A stretch of 32,000 nt of DNA, taken from the NCBI GenBank assembly GCA_964590115.1, contig CAZPYE010000012.1:1-32000 (forward strand). The letters are read 5' to 3'. Every line of letters starts with the position of its first letter. Within the stretch, counting starts at the first letter, position 1. This document shows, piece after piece, positions 24,934-32,000 of the stretch. The DNA comes from an uncultured Enterobacteriaceae bacterium (lineage in GTDB: Bacteria; Verrucomicrobiota; Verrucomicrobiia; Opitutales; UBA953). The notes beneath the pieces were generated by a model. It ran no database searches and was not told the origin of the DNA. It saw only the letters and a list, made by a program, of their open reading frames with translations. Both the position numbers and the translations under genes were made by a program.

Positions 24934-26565
24934 ATGAAAGAAATCCCTATCTTTGACCTCGCAGAAAAACTCGGAATCGACGGAAACTTCGTCGAGCCTT
25001 ACGGACGTGATAAAGCGAAGATTTCGCTCGACGCGCTGAAGAATCCGCCCAAGCGGGGGAAACTGATTCTCGTTTCCGCGATTACGCCGACACCCGCCGG
25101 GGAAGGTAAAACGACAACGTCCATCGGACTTGCCCAGGGATTTAAAAAAATCGGGAAAAGTGCTGCGCTCGCATTGCGTCAACCGTCAATGGGGCCGGTT
25201 TTCGGTCGCAAGGGCGGTGCCACCGGCGGCGGAAAAAGCACCGTTCAGCCGGCAACGGAAATCAATTTACAGTTTACCGGAGACTTCCACGCCATCACTT
25301 CGGCACACAACCTTCTCGCGGATGCCATCGACAACCGCCTCTATTTCCGCAACACGCGTCTCGATGCACGCCGCGTAACGTGGAAACGCGTTCTCGACAT
25401 GAACGATCGCGCCCTGCGCAGTGTAATTGTCGGATGCGGCGGGAACGGCGTGCCGCGCGAAACGGGCTTTGACATCACCGTCGCCTCCGAAATTATGGCG
25501 ATTCTTTGCCTCGCGCAGAGCTATGACGACTTGCGCGCCCGTCTCAATAAAATGGTCGTCGGATTTGATGCGGAAAACAAACCCGTTTTCGCCGAAGAAA
25601 TCGGGGTTACGGGATCGCTTATGGCGATTTTAAAAGAGGCTCTTAAACCGAATTTGGTACAGAGTGTCGAAGGCGTTCCCGCGTTTATTCACGGCGGACC
25701 GTTTGCGAATATCGCCCAGGGATGCAACTCCGTCATCGCGACCAAAATGGCGATGAGTTACGCAGATTACGCCATTACGGAAGCGGGCTTTGCATTCGAC
25801 CTCGGCGGAGAAAAGTTCTTCGACATCAAATGTCGCACGGCGGGTTTTGCGCCGGATGCCGTCGTCATCGTCGCCACAATTCGCGCACTGAAAATGCATG
25901 GCGGACGCGGGCTTAAAGAGCTGACGGAGGCTGACGTTCCCGCCGTCGAACGCGGCTTGGAAAACCTCGCGGCACACATTGATTCCGCGAAAAAGTTTAA
26001 GCGCCCGATTGTCGTTGCCGTCAATCAGTTTCCGACGGACACGGAGGAGGAATTTTCCGCCGTCAAAAGCTTCTGCGCTTCGCAGAATGTGGCTTGCGCC
26101 GTGGCGAATGTCTTCGGGCAGGGCGGCGACGGAGCGACGGAGCTTGCCAAAGTCGTCGCGGCTGCGTGCTCGATTCCCTCTCCCGAGTTTGTTCCGATTT
26201 ATCCGCTCGACGTTCCCGTCGAAGAAAAGCTCAACGCGATAGCCCGTGAAATCTACGGGGCGGACGGCGTTTCGATTTCCGCCAAAGCGAAAAAGAAGCT
26301 TGAAATGCTTGATCACGCGGGCGCATCCCGCCTGATGATCTGCATGGCGAAAACGCAGAATTCGATTTCCGACGATCCCTCCAAACTCGGACGTCCCCGC
26401 AATTTTACGATTTCCGTGCGCGACTTTGAAATCGCTTCCGGTGCAGGCTTCCTCGTTGCCCTCACGGGCGATATCATGCGTATGCCCGCTCTCCCGAAAG
26501 TCCCTTGCGCAGAGTCCATCGACCTCGATGCCGACGGGAACATCACCGGAATGCTCGGCGTATAA
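24934..26565 (+). CDS. fhs: Formate--tetrahydrofolate ligase
   Basis: 543 aa, with full-length resemblance to Fhs. Motifs include ITPTPAGEGKTTTSIGL, GGPFANIAQGCNSV and VATIRALKMHGG. Confidence 0.95.
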   Translation: MKEIPIFDLAEKLGIDGNFVEPYGRDKAKISLDALKNPPKRGKLILVSAITPTPAGEGKTTTSIGLAQGFKKIGKSAALALRQPSMGPVFGRKGGATGGGKSTVQPATEINLQFTGDFHAITSAHNLLADAIDNRLYFRNTRLDARRVTWKRVLDMNDRALRSVIVGCGGNGVPRETGFDITVASEIMAILCLAQSYDDLRARLNKMVVGFDAENKPVFAEEIGVTGSLMAILKEALKPNLVQSVEGVPAFIHGGPFANIAQGCNSVIATKMAMSYADYAITEAGFAFDLGGEKFFDIKCRTAGFAPDAVVIVATIRALKMHGGRGLKELTEADVPAVERGLENLAAHIDSAKKFKRPIVVAVNQFPTDTEEEFSAVKSFCASQNVACAVANVFGQGGDGATELAKVVAAACSIPSPEFVPIYPLDVPVEEKLNAIAREIYGADGVSISAKAKKKLEMLDHAGASRLMICMAKTQNSISDDPSKLGRPRNFTISVRDFEIASGAGFLVALTGDIMRMPALPKVPCAESIDLDADGNITGMLGV

Positions 26566-26727
26566 TCAAAACCGCGTCGAATCACGGGCGGCGGCGGGTT
26601 TCCGGCTTGCACACCGTCGCCGTTCCCGCGGAGCCGCTCTTTTCCCGGCACGGGAATCCTCTCGGCACGCAATTTGCAAGACGTTTCCCGCAAATACTTT
26701 CCGTAATTTTTACCAAGAAAAAAAGCA

Positions 26728-27309
26728 ATGAGTTATATCATCCCCAGCGTTGTCGAACGCGACGCCCGCGGCGAACGGTCGTGGGACATTTACAGCCGCC
26801 TTCTCAAGGATCGTATTATTTTTCTCGGCTCTCCGATTTATGACGAAGTCGCAAACGCCGTTATCGCCCAGATGCTTTTCCTGCAAATGGAAGATCCCAA
26901 AAAGGATATTCACATTTACATCAATTCCCCCGGAGGGAGCGTTACGGCAGGGATGGCGATTTATGATACGATGCAGTTCCTGAAATGCGACGTCGTAACT
27001 TATTGCGTCGGAATGGCAGCTTCGATGGGCACGGTTTTGCTCGCCGGCGGAACAAAGGGCAAACGTTATGCGCTTCCCAATTCCAGCGTGATGATTCACC
27101 AGCCGAGCGGCGGGGCCGGAGGGCAGGCGTCGGACATTTCTATCGCCGCCAAGGAAATTCTGCGCTGGCGCGAAACGCTTAATCGCGTCCTCGCAAAACA
27201 TACCGGAAAATCCGTCGCGCAAATCGCCAAGGATTCCGACCGCGACCACTATATGACGGCGCAGGAAGCCCTCGAATACGGCATCGTCGATAAGGTTATC
27301 AATTCATAG
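26728..27309 (+). CDS. clpP: ATP-dependent Clp protease proteolytic subunit
   Basis: 193 aa with [31 protein letters not shown] and the catalytic-triad contexts GMAASMG (Ser), MIHQP (His) and DSDRD (Asp). Confidence 0.95.
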   Translation: MSYIIPSVVERDARGERSWDIYSRLLKDRIIFLGSPIYDEVANAVIAQMLFLQMEDPKKDIHIYINSPGGSVTAGMAIYDTMQFLKCDVVTYCVGMAASMGTVLLAGGTKGKRYALPNSSVMIHQPSGGAGGQASDISIAAKEILRWRETLNRVLAKHTGKSVAQIAKDSDRDHYMTAQEALEYGIVDKVINS

Positions 27310-27327
27310 CAACGGCCGCTGATTTTC

Positions 27328-28689
27328 ATGGCAAAAGACGAACCCAAGTGTGCGTTTTGCGGGCGTTCCCGCAGCGATGTCGGCATTTTGATTATCGGAC
27401 CGGACGGCGCGAATATTTGCGACGAATGCGCAAAGCTTTGCGTCGAAATGACGGAAAATCAGTCTGTGCGGAAAAATTCCGCCGCAGAACCGATGTCTCC
27501 CGCAAAGGTCGCTTCCACCGCGTCAAAGATGCGGACGGAGAAGGCTCCTGATGCCGGGCCGCTGACACCGATCGCGCTCAAAAAGCCCTCTGAAATTCGC
27601 GCCGTCCTCGACGATTACGTCATCGGACAGGATCAGGCAAAAAAAGTTTTGTCCGTTGCGGTTTATAATCACTACAAGCGCTTGAACGACAAGCTTTTCG
27701 GGAATTCCGAAAACGGCACGGACTCCGTTCCCGCCGAGGGCACAATCGCGGACGAAGACCTCAAAAACGTCGAAGTAGAAAAAAGCAACATCCTCGTTAT
27801 CGGGCCGACGGGTTGCGGGAAAACGTTGCTTGCAAGAACTCTCGCACGCATCCTCGACGTGCCTTTTGCCATCGCCGATGCGACAACGCTGACACAGGCG
27901 GGCTACGTCGGCGAAGACGTGGAAAATATCCTCGTTCGCCTTTTGCAGGCGGCGGACGGAGACGTGAAACGTGCCGAAACGGGTATTGTTTACGTGGACG
28001 AAATTGACAAAATCGGGCGAAAAGGCGATTCCGCCTCGCTTACGCGAGACGTTTCCGGAGAGGGCGTTCAACAGGCTCTCCTGAAGATTATCGAAGGCTC
28101 CCTTTGCAATATTCCTCCGAACGGCGGACGAAAGCATCCCGACCAGAAATATGTGCAGATCGACACTTCGAATATCCTTTTCATTTGCGGAGGCGCCTTT
28201 GTCGGATTGGAACGCATTATCGGCGCACGAATCGGCAATAAATTCCTCGGTTTCGACACTTCTTCCGAATCCGGGCGCGAGCTTTCAGCCGAACAAATCA
28301 TGGCGGAGCTTCAACCGGAAGATCTTTTCGAATTCGGAATGATTCCCGAATTCATCGGACGCCTGCCTATGGTTTCCGCGCTTTCGCAGCTGCGTTCCAA
28401 GGACTTGGAACACATTCTTACCCGTCCGAAAAACGCACTCACAAAGCAGTATCGAAAACTTTTTGCGATGGAAGGCGTTGAGCTTGTTTTCGAGGATGAT
28501 GCCGTCTCCGCCGTCGCCGAAAAAGCAATTACGCTCGGAACGGGGGCCCGCGGACTGCGTTCCATTCTTGAAAAGCTCATGCTCGACACGATGTATGAAC
28601 TTCCGAATCGCGGGAACGCAAAGCGCGTTGTGATTACGGCGGATGTCGTTGCCGGGAAAACCTCCCCGCAGGTTGAAATTCAGAAATAA
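27328..28689 (+). CDS. clpX: ATP-dependent Clp protease ATP-binding subunit ClpX
   Basis: 453 aa. It has an N-terminal C4 zinc module (CAFCGRS..CDEC), Walker A GPTGCGKT, the GYVG pore loop, Walker [10 protein letters not shown] and sensor motifs. It lies immediately downstream of clpP. Confidence 0.95.
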   Translation: MAKDEPKCAFCGRSRSDVGILIIGPDGANICDECAKLCVEMTENQSVRKNSAAEPMSPAKVASTASKMRTEKAPDAGPLTPIALKKPSEIRAVLDDYVIGQDQAKKVLSVAVYNHYKRLNDKLFGNSENGTDSVPAEGTIADEDLKNVEVEKSNILVIGPTGCGKTLLARTLARILDVPFAIADATTLTQAGYVGEDVENILVRLLQAADGDVKRAETGIVYVDEIDKIGRKGDSASLTRDVSGEGVQQALLKIIEGSLCNIPPNGGRKHPDQKYVQIDTSNILFICGGAFVGLERIIGARIGNKFLGFDTSSESGRELSAEQIMAELQPEDLFEFGMIPEFIGRLPMVSALSQLRSKDLEHILTRPKNALTKQYRKLFAMEGVELVFEDDAVSAVAEKAITLGTGARGLRSILEKLMLDTMYELPNRGNAKRVVITADVVAGKTSPQVEIQK

Positions 28690-28712
28690 GCGATTTTTTT
28701 TCGCGGAGCTTT

Positions 28713-31040
28713 TTAACCGACATCCGCAGGATCTACGTCGAGCAGGTCGATGACATCCTGCGGCCACGGGAACGCGTTGCGCAACTGCATGAGCTGTGAG
28801 CTTGCCCGGACGACGTTGTCGCAAAAATACCAAATGTGAAAACGATAGTTGTCTTGGATTTTTTCCGTCGGACACGGCGCGGGACCGCGAATCTCGCAAA
28901 GGTCCGGCGCGTTTTTTTCCAAAAATTCAGTCCAGCGGTCGGCGGTTTCCTCAACGAGCTCCGCGTTCCGTCCTCTGAAAAGATGGCGGATGACGTGGCG
29001 TAGCGGCGGATATCCGAATTCCTTTCGCCGTTCCAGTTCGTCTTCGAGAAAATCGTCGAAATCCGCCCGTTTTGCGAACTGAATCGGAGCCGCATGCGGG
29101 GTGAACGTCTGAACGAGCACTTCGCCATCGAGGTCTCCGCGCCCCGCACGTCCGGCGACTTGGACAAGGAGTTGGAAGGTGCGCTCCGCCGACCGAAAGT
29201 CGGGAACGTGCAGAGACAGGTCCGCGTCGAGAATTCCGACCAGCGTAACCCGCGGAAAGTCCAAGCCCTTAGCAATCATTTGCGTTCCGAGCAGAATGTC
29301 GATTTTCCCTGCACGGAAATCTCCGAGAATCTTTCGAAACTCATTTTTTTTCGACATGGTATCGGCATCCAGGCGAACGGCAACGGCATCGGGAAAGATG
29401 TTTTTGAGGATTTCTTCCGCACGCTGTGTGCCGAATCCCCGCCGGCGAATTTTGTCGGATCCGCATACGGGGCAACGGGAAGCGGCAGGCTCGACGTGAT
29501 CGCAAAGATGGCAACGCATCAGTTCTTCCGTGCGGTGGTAGGTGAGAGCCGAAGAACAGTGCGGGCAGGTCAGAACGTGTCCGCACTCCGGGCAAATAAG
29601 GGCTCGCGAATAACCCCGCCGGTTCAGAAACAGGATACTTTGCTCCCGACGGTCGAGTCGTTCCCGCAGTGCATCAATGAGTGTTCTGGAAAAAGTGGTT
29701 TGTCCGCTCGTGTGGAGTATTTCCCGGCGCATATCGATGATTTTCATCGGCGGGAACGCGCGGTCGTCCACGCGTTTCGTAATGCGGTTGAGGCGGTATT
29801 TCCCGTTGCGGGCGTTGAAAAAGCTTTCCAGCGAAGGCGTTGCCGAGCCGAGAACGCAAACGGCATTGCAGAGATGCGCACGAAATACGGCGACGTCGCG
29901 TCCGTGGTAAAACGGGGTTTCTCCCTGTTTAAAAGAGGGCTCGTGCTCTTCGTCGACAACGATGAGTCGAAGTTTTTTCAGCGGGGCGAAAATTGCCGAT
30001 CGGGCACCCACCAGCAGGCGCGCTTCCCCTCGCGCCATCGACATCCACGCGTCGTAGCGTTCGCCGGAAGAAAGGTTGCTGTGCCAAACCACTATCGGTG
30101 TCGCGCAGTCGGACAGGCGGGAACGCAGACGCTCGACGGTTTGCGGCGTGAGTGCCACTTCGGGGACAAGAAAAATTGCGCTTCCGCCGTCTTCGAGAAC
30201 GCGCCGAATCGCGCCGATGTAAACTTCGGTTTTTCCGGACCCGGTAACGCCGTGGAGAAGGTGCGTGCGGAATTTGTTTTCGGAAAGGCTTTTTACAACG
30301 GAGTCAAGAGCCGCCTGTTGCTCTTCGTTGAGCGTCGGGGGAAGCGCGGGGACGGCGTTCCCGCGAGCACCGCCTTCAAAATCGTCGTCGTAGGCAAGGC
30401 GTGATTTCACCGAAATTTCTTCTTTGGCGATGCCTGCCAGAATAAGCGCGTCAATTACCGCCGCAGAGTAGGGAAGTGCGTTGCGGGGCACACCGGAGCG
30501 GGCGGCGTTCCCGCCCTTTTCCGGATGTTTTTCTGCGGAATTTTTCAGAAATTCATAAAGGGCTGCCTGTTTTTTGGCACGGCGGCGCAATTTTTCAAAG
30601 GCATCGGAAGAAAGTTCCCGGGAAAGAGAAACGTATTTTTGCGTAACGGGGCGAACTCCGCGTCTTACCGTGCCCGGTAAAATCGTCAGAAGAACACTGT
30701 TGAGCGGAGCCGCATAGTAGGCGGAAAGCCATTCGCAAAGCTTAAGCGTATCCGGCGTAAGGACGGGAACGTCGCAGCAAAGCTCGGTAATATCCCGTAT
30801 TTTTTTTGCCCAAGAGGGCGCGGGAACGGCATCTGTTTTCCAGATAATTCCGAAATTGATTCGCGAACCGAGCGGGATTTTTACGAGGCTTCCCCGAAAG
30901 GCTTTTCCGGAGAAATTCTCGGGAACGCGGTAGGTATAGGTGCGTCCGCCGCCGTCGAAGGGCATGACTTCGACAAAGGCGGCGGCATTCGTATTCGCGC
31001 ATTGTTGCGCGTTTGAAACTGTTTCCGGAAACCAGTCCAT
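28713..31040 (-). CDS. priA: Primosomal protein N' (replication restart helicase PriA)
   Basis: 775 aa with Walker A GVTGSGKT and a DEEH box (VVDEEHEPSFKQ). The Cys-rich zinc region is CPECGH..CPHC..CHLC..CPVC. Confidence 0.92.
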   Translation of the reverse strand: MDWFPETVSNAQQCANTNAAAFVEVMPFDGGGRTYTYRVPENFSGKAFRGSLVKIPLGSRINFGIIWKTDAVPAPSWAKKIRDITELCCDVPVLTPDTLKLCEWLSAYYAAPLNSVLLTILPGTVRRGVRPVTQKYVSLSRELSSDAFEKLRRRAKKQAALYEFLKNSAEKHPEKGGNAARSGVPRNALPYSAAVIDALILAGIAKEEISVKSRLAYDDDFEGGARGNAVPALPPTLNEEQQAALDSVVKSLSENKFRTHLLHGVTGSGKTEVYIGAIRRVLEDGGSAIFLVPEVALTPQTVERLRSRLSDCATPIVVWHSNLSSGERYDAWMSMARGEARLLVGARSAIFAPLKKLRLIVVDEEHEPSFKQGETPFYHGRDVAVFRAHLCNAVCVLGSATPSLESFFNARNGKYRLNRITKRVDDRAFPPMKIIDMRREILHTSGQTTFSRTLIDALRERLDRREQSILFLNRRGYSRALICPECGHVLTCPHCSSALTYHRTEELMRCHLCDHVEPAASRCPVCGSDKIRRRGFGTQRAEEILKNIFPDAVAVRLDADTMSKKNEFRKILGDFRAGKIDILLGTQMIAKGLDFPRVTLVGILDADLSLHVPDFRSAERTFQLLVQVAGRAGRGDLDGEVLVQTFTPHAAPIQFAKRADFDDFLEDELERRKEFGYPPLRHVIRHLFRGRNAELVEETADRWTEFLEKNAPDLCEIRGPAPCPTEKIQDNYRFHIWYFCDNVVRASSQLMQLRNAFPWPQDVIDLLDVDPADVG

Positions 31041-31231
31041 TTCTCTGCCGAAAAATGAAAATCGCGTTTCCCTTTGCTTGCAAGGTTTTACCGTTTCGCG
31101 TGTCGTATTGCGGGAACGCTGTCGCTAAGGTTCGGATTTTCATATCGAACTTTTCGAAAAAAAATCACAAAACGCTTTGCCGGTGCGGAATCCTGCAAGT
31201 TTTCATCGCGAAACCCGTTTTTTTTTTCAAT

Positions 31232-31260
31232 TTGCGGGACGCCGAAGAGTTTGGCAATAT
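31232..31260 (+). promoter_or_regulatory. Candidate sigma70-type promoter for dnaG (TTGCGG - 17 nt - CAATAT)
   Basis: Hexamers at 31232-31237 and 31255-31260, with TTTTTTTTTTCAAT upstream. 11 nt separate the -10 from the GTG at 31272. Confidence 0.4.
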
Positions 31261-31271
31261 TCCGCGTTTCC

Positions 31272-32000
31272 GTGCCCTTAATCACCAGAAGATCCATTGA
31301 CGAGATACGTTCCCGCGCCGACATCGTGGCGTTTATCGGGGACTATACGAGTTTGCGGCGTGCCGGAACGAAGTGGAAAGGGCTCAGCCCGTTCACGAGC
31401 GAAAACACGCCGTCGTTTTTTGTCGATCCCGAAAAAGGTTTTTACTACTGCTTCAGCACCGGACAGGGCGGAGACATCTTTAAGTTTCTGATGACTCGGG
31501 AAAACCTGACCTTCGGGGAATCCGTCGAACGGGTGGCGAAGCGCTTCGGAATTACCGTGGAGTATGAAAAGGGCGGAAGCGGCATCGATCGTTCCCTGCG
31601 CGGGGAGCTTTTCGACATCCATGAATTCGCGGTCGGATACTTCGTCGAAAAATTCAGGGAAAAAACACCTCTCGGCGAGCAAGTGCGCGAGTATTGGACA
31701 CGGGAACGCGGATTCGACACGGAGACGGCGGAGGTATTTCGCGTGGGTTTTTTGCCGCCGAACGGCTCACGAGCATTTGCCGAAGCGATGAAACGCAAAG
31801 GCTTCTCCTCGCGGGCACTGGCCGTATCGGGAATTTTTGTCGGGACGGAGCGCCTGCCCGAAAATCCGGAGATGTGGCGTTCCCGCTTTGAGGCGCGACT
31901 GATTATTCCGATTGCGGATATTCAAGGGCGGGTTATCGCATTTACCGCAAGGAAAATCCCCGGAATCACGCCGGACGACGGGCGAGGCATGAACGAGGCG
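31272..32000 (+). CDS. dnaG: DNA primase DnaG (N-terminal part; continues beyond the window end)
   Basis: Not in the ORF track because it has no stop in the window. My manual translation from the GTG at 31272 gives MPLITRRSIDEIRSRADIVAFIGDYTSLRRAGTKWKGLSPFTSENTPSFFVDPEKGFYYCFSTGQGGDIFKFLMTRENLTFGESVERVAKRFGI.., collinear with the DnaG zinc-binding domain and the start of the RNA polymerase domain. The frame is open from 31128. The only in-frame starts are TTG 31251 and GTG 31272, and the latter reproduces E. coli residue numbering. Confidence 0.85.
   Translation, partial: MPLITRRSIDEIRSRADIVAFIGDYTSLRRAGTKWKGLSPFTSENTPSFFVDPEKGFYYCFSTGQGGDIFKFLMTRENLTFGESVERVAKRFGITVEYEKGGSGIDRSLRGELFDIHEFAVGYFVEKFREKTPLGEQVREYWTRERGFDTETAEVFRVGFLPPNGSRAFAEAMKRKGFSSRALAVSGIFVGTERLPENPEMWRSRFEARLIIPIADIQGRVIAFTARKIPGITPDDGRGMNEA

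Noticed and set aside
26669-26680. GCAATTTGCAAG upstream of clpP, considered as another copy of the AAATTTCAAT-TTGCAG promoter module
   Set aside because: No acceptable -10 hexamer lies at 16-18 nt spacing. clpP may use an alternative sigma factor, so it is not called.
29094-30404. 436-aa plus-strand ORF
   Set aside because: It is antisense to priA, whose helicase and zinc motifs are unambiguous, and its product is low complexity. The same reasoning applies to 23867-24865 (antisense murJ/yhbY), 6777-7844 and 5850-6746 (antisense dsbD), 3608-4504 (antisense OMP gene), 1044-1844, 18259-19086 and 19218-19862.

Overview
This window looks like ordinary chromosomal, mostly housekeeping DNA from a diderm (Gram-negative-type) bacterium that I cannot place taxonomically. 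I call 29 protein-coding genes, two of them truncated at the window edges. They cover envelope and LPS functions (kdsB, kdsD, an O-antigen-ligase-like gene, an amidase, murJ, dsbD, tatA, an OM beta-barrel), replication and recombination (priA, dnaG, comM/yifB, dut), RNA modification (rsmE, truB, yhbY), proteolysis (clpP-clpX), C1 metabolism (fhs) and transport (SulP, an MFS sugar porter, mntP). I found no rRNA, tRNA, CRISPR array, IS element, integrase, prophage or recognisable defence genes. Many long ORFs in the supplied track are antisense shadows or N-terminal over-extensions of real genes. Four things deserve a second look. (1) The non-palindromic octamer CGGGAACG/CGTTCCCG occurs about 100 times by my manual scan, on both strands, in every reading frame and in intergenic DNA. 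That density matches or exceeds DNA-uptake sequences and cyanobacterial HIP1. (2) Two adjacent diverged paralogs of unknown function (17881-19997, minus strand) share several strictly conserved motifs. (3) They are preceded by an unusually structured 230-bp control region with a perfect 16+16 bp palindrome and a roughly 78-nt nested hairpin. (4) Two housekeeping proteins have odd architectures: DnaG lacks three of its four zinc ligands, and the sugar-porter MFS carries an insert of about 125 aa in an outward-facing loop. All family assignments come from motif recognition by eye and memory, not from searches.
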